The notes: generated from the letters alone by a model not told the origin. Counted from the first letter of the stretch, positions 27,336 to 37,242 are shown. The stretch is 64,000 bases of DNA from an uncultured Nitrososphaerota archaeon (GCA_964594835.1 CAZQNA010000005.1:99771-163770), one strand, 5' to 3'. Numbers and translations: made by a program.

Positions 27336-28342
27336 AGCCTCTCAAATTCCAGGACCTCGCTCTCATCGGCGAACCTAACGGCCTCCTCGATCTCCCTGGC
27401 CACCTCCTCCCTGATTCCCCTTAGAACCTCCTCAGTGGCGATCCCTGCCTCCACGAGCTTCCTCTCGAACCTCGGCAGGGGGTCCCTCTTCTCCCACTCC
27501 TCGACCTCCTCCTTCGGCCTGTAGGTCGCCTTGTCGTACACCCCGTGCCCCTTGAGCCTGTACGTGATGAACTCGATCAGGGTAGGGCCGTCCCCCCGAA
27601 GCGCCCTGTCCGCGGCCTCTTTCGTGGCCTTGTAGACGCTCAGAACGTCGTTCCCGTCGACCACCACGCCCGGCATCCCGTAAGAGACGGCCCTCAGGGC
27701 GATTCTCCCGCACGTCACGGACCTGCTCGCCGGCATTGACATCCCCCACTGGTTGTTCTCGCAGGCGAAGATCACCGGGAGCTTCCAGAAGGACGCGAGG
27801 TTCAGCCCCTCGTGGAACGCGCCGGTGTTCGCGGCCCCGTCGCTGAAGAACCCGACGACCACCTTCCCCTCTCCCCTGTACTTGATGGCCAGCGCCGCCC
27901 CGGCCGCTATGGGGATGCCGCTGCCGACTATGGCGGAGGCCCAGAGCCCACCCCTCTCGGGGTCTATGGCGACGTGCATGGAACCGCCGAGCCCCCTGAC
28001 GACGCCGGTCTTCTTCCCGAACAGCTCCGCCATCACCTCCCTGGCCGGAATCCCGATCGCGAGGGCGTGGCCGTGTCCCCTGTGGTGGCTCACTACGTAC
28101 CCGAAGCCCTCTATGGCCCGGGCCACGCCCACCGCGATCGCCTCCTCTCCAGTGTAGAGGTGAGCCGTCCCCTGAATCCTCGCCTCGTAGAGATAGAGCT
28201 GCTCAACTCGTCCCTCAAAGAAACGAAGCTCCACTAGTTTTCTGTACATCTCAAGGAGGTCTTCCCTCGTCAATCCGAGGGAGAGGGCCTCTTGGACGGA
28301 GACCCCCCTGACCTCCTCCACCTCCACCTCCAGCTTCCCCAA
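27314..28342 (-). CDS. 2-oxoacid (pyruvate) dehydrogenase E1 alpha subunit (TPP-binding)
   Basis: TPP motif GDGAANTGAFHEGLNLA; 22-nt overlap with E1 beta. Confidence 0.9.
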   Translation of the reverse strand: MGKLEVEVEEVRGVSVQEALSLGLTREDLLEMYRKLVELRFFEGRVEQLYLYEARIQGTAHLYTGEEAIAVGVARAIEGFGYVVSHHRGHGHALAIGIPAREVMAELFGKKTGVVRGLGGSMHVAIDPERGGLWASAIVGSGIPIAAGAALAIKYRGEGKVVVGFFSDGAANTGAFHEGLNLASFWKLPVIFACENNQWGMSMPASRSVTCGRIALRAVSYGMPGVVVDGNDVLSVYKATKEAADRALRGDGPTLIEFITYRLKGHGVYDKATYRPKEEVEEWEKRDPLPRFERKLVEAGIATEEVLRGIREEVAREIEEAVRFADESEVLEFERLWEVIYA

Positions 28343-28375
28343 TGTCGAAGCACCGCTGAAAGGGATAGGACAATC

Positions 28376-29059
28376 TTATAGTTTTTGATGATGGTGGTGA
28401 CCCGCCTCCGCGCACCTTCTCAGCTCTCTCGCCGAGTTCGCGGGATCTCCCCGGCCGAAGATGGCCGAGCCGGCTATTATGACGCTCGCACCCGCCTCGA
28501 TGACTCTCTCAATGGTGCCGCAGTTTATCCCCCCGTCAACGGCTATCGGGATGTCCAGGCCCCTCTCCCTCAGCACCTCTCTCAGCCGCGAGATCTTTCC
28601 CAGCGTGCCCTCTAGGAACCTCTGCCCACCGAACCCCGGCTCGACCGTCATCACAAGGACGATGTCCACCTCGCCAAGCACCTCCTCAAGCGAGGTCAGC
28701 GGCGTCCCCGGGTTTATTGCCAGGCCGACCTCGACCCCCGAGGACCTCAGCGAGCCACAGAGGGAGAAAGGCCTCTTGGATGCCTCCACGTGGAAGTAGA
28801 TCACGTCGGAGCCCGCCTCCGCGAACCTCTCCGCGTACCTCTCCGGGGCATCTATCATGAGGTGGGCCTCGATTGGAAGGTCCGTGGCCCTCCTCAGGGC
28901 CCTGACCACGGGGAGCCCGAACGAGAGATTCGGAACGAAGTGACCGTCCATCACATCAACGTGGATCGAGTCGACGCCCCCTTCCCTGGCGCGGACAACC
29001 TCCTCACCGAGCCTGGAGAGGTCTGCCGAGAGTATGGAGGCCGAGAGGCGGATCGTCAT
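28376..29059 (-). CDS. rpe: ribulose-phosphate 3-epimerase
   Basis: RPE TIM-barrel motifs HVDVMDGHFVPN, VMTVEPGFGGQ; C-terminal HHHH tail. Confidence 0.9.
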   Translation of the reverse strand: MTIRLSASILSADLSRLGEEVVRAREGGVDSIHVDVMDGHFVPNLSFGLPVVRALRRATDLPIEAHLMIDAPERYAERFAEAGSDVIYFHVEASKRPFSLCGSLRSSGVEVGLAINPGTPLTSLEEVLGEVDIVLVMTVEPGFGGQRFLEGTLGKISRLREVLRERGLDIPIAVDGGINCGTIERVIEAGASVIIAGSAIFGRGDPANSARELRRCAEAGHHHHQKL

Positions 29060-29081
29060 CCGCCCATCTAGGCTTTAGACA

Positions 29082-29092
29082 AGTATTTAAGG
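29082..29092. promoter_or_regulatory. shared divergent TATA-like box AGTATTTAAGG between rpe (-) and HPr (+)
   Basis: 23-33 nt from the rpe ATG (29059) and 27-37 nt from the HPr ATG (29119). Confidence 0.5.
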
Positions 29093-29118
29093 ATCCTATC
29101 CCTTTGGAGCGGCTTCGG

Positions 29119-29403
29119 ATGAGTTCAATGGCCCACGCGGAGGCGAGGGTTCAGCTGAGGAACAGAGTGGGACTCCACGCCCGACCAGCGTCTCTCTTCG
29201 TGCAGACGGCAAGGAGATTCAGCTCCAAGATTGTCGTTAGAAAGGATGATAAGGAAGCCGACGCCAAAAGCATCCTCGGAGTGCTCTCCCTGGGCGCCGA
29301 GTGCGGCCACTGGATAACGATCGTGGCCGAGGGAGACGACGCCGAGGAGGCCGTCCAGACGCTGGCGTCCCTCGTCGAGAGCCGATTTGGGGAGGCTGAG
29401 TGA
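29119..29403 (+). CDS. ptsH: phosphocarrier protein HPr
   Basis: Active His in GLHARPAS; GAECGHWITIV; ORF opens with TTG at 29104. Confidence 0.85.
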   Translation: MSSMAHAEARVQLRNRVGLHARPASLFVQTARRFSSKIVVRKDDKEADAKSILGVLSLGAECGHWITIVAEGDDAEEAVQTLASLVESRFGEAE

Positions 29404-31150
29404 CTTGCGGGCCGGCCCCCGGGAGTTCAGGGGCATACCCGCCTCACCGGGAGTCGCTGTCGGGAGGGCTTACCTGTACGTTCGGGGCTACGTAGAGGTC
29501 GAGAAGAGGAAGCTTAGCGAGGACGAGGTCGAAGGAGAGATACTGAGATTTGAGAGCGCCGTCACGCTCTCTAAGGGATACCTGAAGAGGCTGTATGAGA
29601 GGGTAAAGGCGGAGGTGGGCGAGGAGGAGGCGAAGATCTACGAGGCGCACCTGATGATCCTGGAAGACGAGGCCTCCTTCCTGAAGCCCGTGGAGGTCAT
29701 GATAAGGGAGCAGATGGTCAACGCCGAGTACGCCGTCGAGACCGTGCTCGAGAGGGTCGCCAAGCTCTTCGAGGAGATGGAGAGCCAGTACATGAGGGAG
29801 AGGGCGGCCGACGTGAGGGACGTGAAGAGGCTTGTCCTGACGGCCCTCAAGGGGAAGATAAACGAGATCTCGGCGCCTCCGGAGGAGTCGGTCATAGTGG
29901 CCCACGAGCTGCTGCCGAGCGACGTCGCCACCCTCGACAAGTCCAAGGTCCTGGGCTTTGCCACGGACACGGGAGGCCCCACATCCCACGTCGCGATAGT
30001 TGCGAGGACCCTCGGCATACCGGCGGTGGTGGGGCTCAAGGACCTCTCGGTCCACGTGAGGACCGGAGATCAGGTCGTGGTGGACGGGGACCAGGGGCTC
30101 GTGATAGTCAGGCCAGACAGGGAGACCCTCAAGACCTACAGGATCAGGATGTCCGAGCAGATCCGAGAGAAGATGGCCCTCATGAAGTACGCGACCCTGC
30201 CAGCCGAGACGAGGGACGGCTTCAGGATAGGCGTGTTCGCCAACGTCGGGGGAGTGGAGGACCTGGAGCAAGCCCTCACGATGGGGGCCGAGGGTATAGG
30301 CCTGCTGAGGACGGAGTTCATGTACGTCAACTCCCCGAGGTTCCCCACGGAGGATGAGCTCTACTCGAGCCTCAGGAGGTTCGTGGAGAGGATGGGGGAG
30401 AGGCCGGTGATAGTCAGGACCCTCGACATGGGCGCCGACAAGCCGCTCCCCTACTTTTCCATGCCCCCTGAGCCCAACCCCATGCTCGGCTGGAGGGGGG
30501 TGAGGGTCACCCTAGACAGGCCGGAGATCCTCATGACTCAGGTGAAGGCCGCCCTGAGGGCGGCTGTCCACGGGAACCTGTGGATAATGTTCCCGATGAT
30601 CTCCACTGTCGAGGAGGTCAGGAGGGCGAGGGAGCTGATTCACGACGCCGCCTCCCAGCTGAGGAAGGAGGGGAAGGAGCACAGGGATGAGGTGAAGGTG
30701 GGGGTGATGATTGAGACCCCCTCCGCCGTGTTCCTGGCCAGAGACCTGGCCAGGGAGGTTGACTTCTTCAGTATAGGGACCAACGACCTCACCCAGTACG
30801 TCATGGCGGCCGACAGGACGAACGAGCTCGTGGCCGACCTCTACAACCACCTCCAGCCCTCCGTGATCAGGGCCGTCAGCCGGGTTGTGCAGGCCGCGAG
30901 GGAGGTGGAGATCCACGTGGGAATGTGCGGGGAGATGGGCGGGGACGAGCTTGCCATCCCCCTGCTAGTCGGAATGGGACTGGACGAGATCAGCATGGCC
31001 CCGGCCTCAATCCCCAGGGCCAAAAGGTTGGTGAGATCGATAACTAGGGAGTCGGCCGAGACCCTCTTGGAGGAGGTCCTGAGGGCGAGCACGCTCGGCG
31101 AGGTTAGGGAGATCCTGGAGTCGTACGCGAGGTCAATCTCATACGACTAG
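29387..31150 (+). CDS. ptsI: phosphoenolpyruvate-protein phosphotransferase (PTS Enzyme I)
   Basis: GIPASPGVAVG N-terminus, phospho-His GGPTSHVAIVAR, PEP-utilizing C-terminal domain; start may be TTG at 29405. Confidence 0.9.
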   Translation: MGRLSDLRAGPREFRGIPASPGVAVGRAYLYVRGYVEVEKRKLSEDEVEGEILRFESAVTLSKGYLKRLYERVKAEVGEEEAKIYEAHLMILEDEASFLKPVEVMIREQMVNAEYAVETVLERVAKLFEEMESQYMRERAADVRDVKRLVLTALKGKINEISAPPEESVIVAHELLPSDVATLDKSKVLGFATDTGGPTSHVAIVARTLGIPAVVGLKDLSVHVRTGDQVVVDGDQGLVIVRPDRETLKTYRIRMSEQIREKMALMKYATLPAETRDGFRIGVFANVGGVEDLEQALTMGAEGIGLLRTEFMYVNSPRFPTEDELYSSLRRFVERMGERPVIVRTLDMGADKPLPYFSMPPEPNPMLGWRGVRVTLDRPEILMTQVKAALRAAVHGNLWIMFPMISTVEEVRRARELIHDAASQLRKEGKEHRDEVKVGVMIETPSAVFLARDLAREVDFFSIGTNDLTQYVMAADRTNELVADLYNHLQPSVIRAVSRVVQAAREVEIHVGMCGEMGGDELAIPLLVGMGLDEISMAPASIPRAKRLVRSITRESAETLLEEVLRASTLGEVREILESYARSISYD

Positions 31151-31224
31151 CCCCCGGGCTATGCCAGCCCCTCTCTCACTGAGCTTTATTTAGGAGAGCC
31201 GTCGGTCCCTTGCCCTGATCCCCG

Positions 31225-32433
31225 ATGGCCAGGGTAGTCGTCGAGAGATCGGCCCGCGTCCCCATGGACGACCAGCCAATCGAGATCGTCGAGAGGAAGG
31301 GGATAGGACACCCGGACACGATGTCGGATGCGATAATGGAGAGGGTCTCGCTGGAGCTCAATCGAGAGTACCTCCGGAGGTTCGGCGGGATCCTGCACTA
31401 CAACGCGGACAAGTCCCTCCTTGCGGCGGGCGTCACGGAGCCCGCCTTCGGCGGCGGAAGGGTCGTGAAGCCCATGCTCATAGTGTTCGGGGACAGGGCC
31501 ACCAACGTCTTCGCTGGCGAGGAGATACCGATAGAGGAGATCGTGGTCAGGGCCGCCAAGAGCTGGATAAGGGAGAACTTGAGGTTCGTCGATCCGGAGG
31601 AGCACGTGAAGTATCAGGTTGAGCTCAAGCCCGGGAGCGCCGAGCTCACCGACATCTTCCGGAGGGGGGAGTCGAACCTGGGGGCCAATGACACCTCGGC
31701 CGCGGTGGGATACGCGCCCCTATCCAAGACTGAGAGGGCGGTCTTGGAGATAGAGAAGTTCCTTAACTCCCCGGAGTTCAAGAAGAGCCACCCTGAGACG
31801 GGCGAGGACATCAAGGTGATGGGCTACAGGGTTGAGGACAGGCTGGACATCACGGTGGCCCTCGCCTTCGTGGACAGGTTCGTCTCGAGCGAGTCTGAGT
31901 ACTTCCGGATGAAGGAGGAGGTGTTGGAGGAGCTCAGGGCATTCGTGAACGAGAGGTGGGACTTCCGGGAGATAAACATAGCGATTAACACCCTCGACCA
32001 GCCGGGGAGGGGGGTGGACGGGGTCTACCTGACCGTCCTGGGGACCAGCGCCGAGGGCGGCGACTCCGGCCAGGTTGGCAGGGGGAACGGCGTCAACGGG
32101 GTCATCCCGCTGATGAGGCCCAGGAGCAGCGAGGCCGCGGCTGGCAAGAACCCCGTCAGCCACGTGGGGAAGATCTACAACGTCCTCACTCACCACATCG
32201 CCCGCAGAATACACCAGGAGGTCTCGGGCGTCAGGGAGGCGTACGTGTGGCTCCTCAGCAAGATAGGATACCCGATAAGCGACCCCGAGCTGGCGGCGGC
32301 GGAGGTGACCGTGGAGCCGGGGCTCTCCCTCGACGACGTCAGGCCGTCGATTGAGGAGGTCATGAGGAGGGAGCTGGAGGACATCTCCAGCTTCGTGGAC
32401 AGGCTGATAGAGGGCGAGATCCCCACCTACTGA
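31225..32433 (+). CDS. mat: archaeal-type S-adenosylmethionine synthetase
   Basis: GIGHPDTMSDAIMERVS archaeal MAT signature. Confidence 0.9.
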   Translation: MARVVVERSARVPMDDQPIEIVERKGIGHPDTMSDAIMERVSLELNREYLRRFGGILHYNADKSLLAAGVTEPAFGGGRVVKPMLIVFGDRATNVFAGEEIPIEEIVVRAAKSWIRENLRFVDPEEHVKYQVELKPGSAELTDIFRRGESNLGANDTSAAVGYAPLSKTERAVLEIEKFLNSPEFKKSHPETGEDIKVMGYRVEDRLDITVALAFVDRFVSSESEYFRMKEEVLEELRAFVNERWDFREINIAINTLDQPGRGVDGVYLTVLGTSAEGGDSGQVGRGNGVNGVIPLMRPRSSEAAAGKNPVSHVGKIYNVLTHHIARRIHQEVSGVREAYVWLLSKIGYPISDPELAAAEVTVEPGLSLDDVRPSIEEVMRRELEDISSFVDRLIEGEIPTY

Positions 32434-32438
32434 GGGGA

Positions 32439-33485
32439 TCAGGCCCTCGCCTCCACCCTCACCTCGTCGGGGTCGACGGCCCCGTTTCCGTTCTTGTCCC
32501 TCCAGTACACGATGGTGACGTTTGCCGAGAGGGCCGCCTGGAAGTTCGAGGTCGCCCACATCAGGCCGGCCCTCGTTCCGTACCTCGTTACCCCGCCGAT
32601 GAACAGGGAGATGTCCCCCCCCTCCATCACCGGCACCACGGCGGCGTAGTCCTTGTACCCGTACTCCGACCTCAGGGTGACTCCCACGTACTTCAGGCCC
32701 ACGTAGTAATCTCCAGCCCTGACGAACTCAGCGACGGACAGCGGCCAGTCAGGGTTCACCAGCGGGCCGCCCAGAATCACCTCCATACCCCCCGACCTGT
32801 CCGCGGAGTGTCTCTGGAAGTAGGCCGCGATCAGGTCTGAGCTCATGTCGGCGTCGACCTCGCTCCTCGCGACGAGCCGGAAGGCCTCGATGCTGGGATA
32901 GGGAGTCTCCTCGAGCTTGGCCGTGACGCTGCCCGACTGCGTGGGCTCCGAGTCTGGGTCGTCGGAGTCGCTGTACGAGACCGTGACCTCTATGATGTCA
33001 CCGGGCTTGAGGACCGGGTCGGCCGGATCGCCCGTCTCGAGCGGGTAAACGAGCTCGACGATGGTCCCGGAGGGGCCCTCCTTCCCCGCGGCCGCCAGGA
33101 CGTTGAAGCTGTCAAGGTCGCCTGGAGGGACCCCATCCATGACCTTCCTGTCCTCGATGTGAAGCTGGCCCGAGGACACCCAGGCAACGATCAGGTTTGC
33201 CCACCCTCCCTCTCCCGCCTTCCTCCAGGATATGGCCACGTACCCCTTTCCGGGGCTGGACAGGCCAATGTAGAGCCTCTGACCGTCGTGCATCCAGTGG
33301 ACGGTCACCCCGCCAGCTGAGAAGGAGGTAGGATACTCTTCAGGCCCGATGGCACCCATTAGGGTCAGGTACTTCGGGTAAGGCACGCACGGGACCAGGA
33401 CGTAGCCCTGGGCGGTCGTCAGAGAGGGTGCAGAGATCGGAGTCAGGATCAGCGCCAGAGAGATCATTGCGGCAGATCTGAGCAT
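32439..33485 (-). CDS. secreted protein, DOMON-like N-terminal domain (putative)
   Basis: Signal peptide; beta-rich repeats; weak DOMON resemblance. Confidence 0.5.
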   Translation of the reverse strand: MLRSAAMISLALILTPISAPSLTTAQGYVLVPCVPYPKYLTLMGAIGPEEYPTSFSAGGVTVHWMHDGQRLYIGLSSPGKGYVAISWRKAGEGGWANLIVAWVSSGQLHIEDRKVMDGVPPGDLDSFNVLAAAGKEGPSGTIVELVYPLETGDPADPVLKPGDIIEVTVSYSDSDDPDSEPTQSGSVTAKLEETPYPSIEAFRLVARSEVDADMSSDLIAAYFQRHSADRSGGMEVILGGPLVNPDWPLSVAEFVRAGDYYVGLKYVGVTLRSEYGYKDYAAVVPVMEGGDISLFIGGVTRYGTRAGLMWATSNFQAALSANVTIVYWRDKNGNGAVDPDEVRVEARA

Positions 33486-33594
33486 ACCCCTGAGCCTTCA
33501 CCCGAGCTTAATTCACTTTGCATCGTCGCTGAACGAGGTCGGGTTCTCACTTCGTGCCACATGTTTATTTCCCCGGGCTCCTCCTGCAGGGCAG

Positions 33595-34575
33595 ATGCCT
33601 CGCAAGGTTGAGGTGAAGGTCCCGGAGGACGCCGGGGGTGGGCTCTCGAAGTTCCTCGGGATCATCCTGCTCCTGGCCATCGTCGCGATATCGGCCCACA
33701 GGGTCGTGTTCAGGGTTGACCTGGGATACGCCGGGGTCGTCGTGGACCCCATCACCGGCTACATCTCGTCGGATCCCGTGATAGGCCCGAGGATCGGCTT
33801 CAAGGCTCCATGGAGGATCGTGAAGGACGTCTACGTTGCCACCGACGCCGTCCACATGTGGACGGAGTACCAGCAGGCGCTCGTCGGGAAGGGGGAGCTG
33901 ATCGGCGACTACCCCGCCATAGAGACGCTGACGAAGGACGGCCTGCAGGCGTGGATAGACCTGACGGTCAGGTGGCGCATAAGGCCGGAGTACGCGCCCG
34001 CGATAGTGAGGTCCTACCCCAACCTGGACTACGAGGACAAGTTCCTGATTCCGGAGATCAGGAAGGTGGCGAGGGACGTGGTGGCGCAGTACGAGGCCGC
34101 CATGATATCGGAGGTCCGCCAGAGGATCGGGCTGGAGATAATGGAGCGCCTGCAGAGGAACCTGGACGCGGACGAGAAGGTCGGAGGGGCCTTCGTGATA
34201 GACGAGGTCTACGTGAGGAACATAAGGCTGCCCGACGAGTTCATGAACGCGATTCAGGAGAAGCTGGCGGCCCAGCAGAGGATGATAGCCGCCCAGTACG
34301 AGAGGAACAGGACCCTCATCCTGGCCAACGCGTCGGCTCAGGCTAAGATAATGGAGGCCCAGGGGGAGGCGCAGGCGAGGGTGATTCAGGCCAAGGCTCT
34401 GTCCGACGCCATAGAGCTGATAGCCCAGGCCGGTGGTAATCGAGAGGCCGTGGCCCAGCTCTACGTCCTACTCCAGAACCTGGCGCAGCTCCAGGCCAAC
34501 GGCACCAGGTTCATCGTGGTCCTGTCGCCCGAGGGGGCCCAGCTGCCGATCCTCTACCCGGTGGGTGAGGGCTGA
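33595..34575 (+). CDS. SPFH/band-7 (stomatin/prohibitin-like) membrane protein
   Basis: N-terminal TM, SPFH core, C-terminal coiled coil. Confidence 0.85.
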   Translation: MPRKVEVKVPEDAGGGLSKFLGIILLLAIVAISAHRVVFRVDLGYAGVVVDPITGYISSDPVIGPRIGFKAPWRIVKDVYVATDAVHMWTEYQQALVGKGELIGDYPAIETLTKDGLQAWIDLTVRWRIRPEYAPAIVRSYPNLDYEDKFLIPEIRKVARDVVAQYEAAMISEVRQRIGLEIMERLQRNLDADEKVGGAFVIDEVYVRNIRLPDEFMNAIQEKLAAQQRMIAAQYERNRTLILANASAQAKIMEAQGEAQARVIQAKALSDAIELIAQAGGNREAVAQLYVLLQNLAQLQANGTRFIVVLSPEGAQLPILYPVGEG

Positions 34576-34991
34576 TGAGGGCGAACCTGAGGGCCGTCCA
34601 CGTTCTCAGGCTTGATCCGGGGGAGGAGGTCGTCTCCACACTCACCGACAGGCTCGGGGACCTGGGCGTGAAGGGCGCGGCGGTGCTCGGGATAGGCGGG
34701 GTGAGGGAGGCGAGGGTCGGAGTCTACGATCCCTCGGCGGGGGTCTACAGGGAGAGGTCCGTCAAGGGGTTCCACGAGGTGGTCTCCCTGCTGGGCAACG
34801 TCTCCGTCAGGGAGGGCGGGAGTCTCTTCACGCACCTCCACATCTCGCTGGCCGGAGAGTCAGGGATCCTGGCCGGGCACCTCCTGGAGGCGGTGGTGGA
34901 GCCGACACTAGAGGTCTTCGTCTTCGAGCTGGACTCGCAGATCATGAGGACTCTCAAGACCCCCTACGGCTTCGTGGCCCTGGACGTGTGA
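34575..34991 (+). CDS. PPC (DUF296) domain protein
   Basis: LRLDPGEE...GIGGV...HLHISL...GHLLEAVV pattern; ATGA overlap with the SPFH stop. Confidence 0.72.
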   Translation: MRANLRAVHVLRLDPGEEVVSTLTDRLGDLGVKGAAVLGIGGVREARVGVYDPSAGVYRERSVKGFHEVVSLLGNVSVREGGSLFTHLHISLAGESGILAGHLLEAVVEPTLEVFVFELDSQIMRTLKTPYGFVALDV

Positions 34992-35002
34992 TATCCGTCC
35001 GC

Positions 35003-35368
35003 CTACCTGTCCGGGGGGACTCCCTTGAGGGGGATCAGGCACAGGAACTCCAGGTCCCCCTCCCCCGTGTTCTCGTAGTAGTGCTCCACGTTGGGGGGTA
35101 TGTAGAGGAAGGTCCCCTCGCCCACCCGGTACTCCTCCCCGCCGATCCTGACCATCCCGCTGCCCCTGAGGACGAAGATCTCGTGCTCCCAGTCGTGGGA
35201 GTGGGTCGGGATCGAACCTCCAGGACCAACCCTGAATACCCTCATGGCGAAGTTCGGGGCCCCGTCCCTCCTGGAGATCAGCCACCTGATGGTCGTGTTG
35301 ACGGCCACGTCGACGGGCTCCTCAGGGACGTCCAGGTAGCTGCCCACCTTCGGCCTCAAGGCGGTCAC
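35003..35368 (-). CDS. cupin domain protein (paralog of 21385..21741)
   Basis: NFAMRVFRVGPGGSIPTHSHDWEHEIFVL; high identity to the first cupin. Confidence 0.8.
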   Translation of the reverse strand: MTALRPKVGSYLDVPEEPVDVAVNTTIRWLISRRDGAPNFAMRVFRVGPGGSIPTHSHDWEHEIFVLRGSGMVRIGGEEYRVGEGTFLYIPPNVEHYYENTGEGDLEFLCLIPLKGVPPDR

Positions 35369-35386
35369 CGGGGTCCGGCGCGCCGA

Positions 35387-36304
35387 CTATGACTTAACCT
35401 CTCCCCCGCGCCTGGGCACCCTCACCTTAGCGACCTCTCCCAGGAACGACTTGAGGTGCCTGACGAGATCTTGGAGCCTCTTGCTCGCCTCCGAGGCCCT
35501 CTTCTTCATGAGCTCGCAGTCCCTGTCCCCGAACTTCAGGGGGAAGGTGGCCTGGAGCCTTATGGGCGTGATGGAGATCGCCCTCTCCACCATGAGCGCG
35601 TACAGGTCGGTCCCCCTCTCCCTCTCCCCCACGCTCAGGGGGTTCGAGCCGATCCAGTAGTAGGGCTTGCCCCGGGGGTCGAGCCTCTCCAAGATGTAGT
35701 TCTCGAACTTCGTCCACCCCAGCCTGGTCAGCCTCACCGGGGTGTCGTCTGAGATTCGGAACGGGAAGTTCACGTTCAGTAGATCCACCCCCTCCGGGAG
35801 GCCGTTCTCGAGGACCCACGCCGCGATCTCGGCGGCGACCCTGCCGTGGGTGGAGAACGCCTCGGGGGTGGTGGGCCTGTGGGCCTCGGGTATCTCGGCG
35901 GAGAAGGCCACGGCGGGGATCCCGTTGAGGACGCCCTGGATGGCCCCGGCTATCGTCCCGCTGGTGAACAGGTTGTCCACGGTTATGTTGTCCCCCATGT
36001 TTATCCCGCTGAGGACAAGGTCGGGGCGGTCGGCCATGATCTCCCCCAGGGCTATCATCACGCAGTCGCCGGGCGTCCCGCTGACCAGGTAGGCCTTCCC
36101 GTATCTCCCCCTCCCCAGCTTGGCGTAGATCTCCCTGACCCTGAGGGGCTTGTGCAGGGTCACCCCCTTCCCGGCGGCGCTCATCTCCCTCTCTGGAACG
36201 ACGCAGGTGACCTCTCCGACCTCCCTGTCCAGCAGCGCCCGCCACATCGCCCGTAGGGCCGGGGAGTTGACGCCGTCGTCGTTGGTGACGAGAATGGAGG
36301 GCAT
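35387..36304 (-). CDS. surE: 5'/3'-nucleotidase SurE
   Basis: ILVTNDDGVNSPAL N-terminal signature. Confidence 0.88.
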   Translation of the reverse strand: MPSILVTNDDGVNSPALRAMWRALLDREVGEVTCVVPEREMSAAGKGVTLHKPLRVREIYAKLGRGRYGKAYLVSGTPGDCVMIALGEIMADRPDLVLSGINMGDNITVDNLFTSGTIAGAIQGVLNGIPAVAFSAEIPEAHRPTTPEAFSTHGRVAAEIAAWVLENGLPEGVDLLNVNFPFRISDDTPVRLTRLGWTKFENYILERLDPRGKPYYWIGSNPLSVGERERGTDLYALMVERAISITPIRLQATFPLKFGDRDCELMKKRASEASKRLQDLVRHLKSFLGEVAKVRVPRRGGEVKS

Positions 36305-36308
36305 CCTC

Positions 36309-37025
36309 TCACTCCCCGCCCAGCGCCGACATGACCACGTCGACGGCGAACTTCTCCTCCGGCTGGACCCCCACCAGCCTGCCCTTCGCCACCCACTCCC
36401 CGTCCTCGAGGACGTAAACGACCGTGTCTGGGACGGCGCTCACCCCCAGCGAGTCCGCCAGGTCCGGGTTCTCCCAGGCCTCCACGGTCTCGGACTCTAT
36501 GGTCTTCGGGACCGCTATGGCGAACTTGTTGGCCAGGAGCACCTGGTGGGGGCAGTAGGGACAGGTCGGCGTCACGTAGACCTGGAGCCTGACTCGCTTA
36601 CCGAGCTCTGCGAGCTTCCTGAGCGCCCCCACAGTGCCCTGAGAGAGCCCGCTCTCGCCCTTGGAGGTGAGTATTATGGTCTCTAGGAAGGCCCACGCCT
36701 CGTAGCCCGAGGGGGCGCCCGTGTACCTGATCGCCACCCTGTCGGGTCCTATCAGGACGGTGGGCGTCCTCCTGGGGTCGACCCCGAGTTCCTCCGCCTC
36801 TTCCCTACCGTTGTTCACGTCGACTATCCTGGGAACCACCTTCTCGCTCAGCTCGGCTATCTCCCTTATGAGCTGGGCCGTCCACTGGGAGTACTCGGCG
36901 TTGTGACTCCCCACCACCGTGACGACCTCTACCGGGTCCCCCATCTCGGCCTCGAGCCTGGCCTTGAGTTCGGAAGCCGTCTTTTCGTCAATTATTCTAT
37001 CGTGAACGTGCTCGTGCTGTCCCAA
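36309..37025 (-). CDS. protein-disulfide oxidoreductase (two thioredoxin-fold units, PDO/glutaredoxin-like)
   Basis: CPYCP active site in the second Trx unit. Confidence 0.8.
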   Translation of the reverse strand: MGQHEHVHDRIIDEKTASELKARLEAEMGDPVEVVTVVGSHNAEYSQWTAQLIREIAELSEKVVPRIVDVNNGREEAEELGVDPRRTPTVLIGPDRVAIRYTGAPSGYEAWAFLETIILTSKGESGLSQGTVGALRKLAELGKRVRLQVYVTPTCPYCPHQVLLANKFAIAVPKTIESETVEAWENPDLADSLGVSAVPDTVVYVLEDGEWVAKGRLVGVQPEEKFAVDVVMSALGGE

Positions 37026-37242
37026 TAGATCACCTCGCGGTCCCTCGCCGACACGAGGGTATTTAAGTTATTCTCAGCCCTGCAGGGGCCTCGGGGGGCC
37101 CTCAGCACCATCCGAACGGTTCAGATCCCAGTTCAGCCTGATCCGGGTGGGTTGGGGGGCCCGTCGGGGGAGGAGATTAGTCCCCGCTCTACTGTGTCAA
37201 CGTTTTTTACGTCCCGGGGGCGGGTCGCGGGGGTGTCCCCGA

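Noticed and set aside
28376-29059. C-terminal HHHHQKL tail on Rpe as a cloning artefact
   Set aside because: The genomic context is native (divergent promoter with ptsH). It is likely a natural His-rich tail.
37101-37125. tRNA-like T-loop sequence GGTTCAGATCC in the porG upstream region
   Set aside because: No flanking acceptor/D/anticodon arm complementarity could be built; it is most likely coincidental. No tRNA genes were recognised anywhere in the window.
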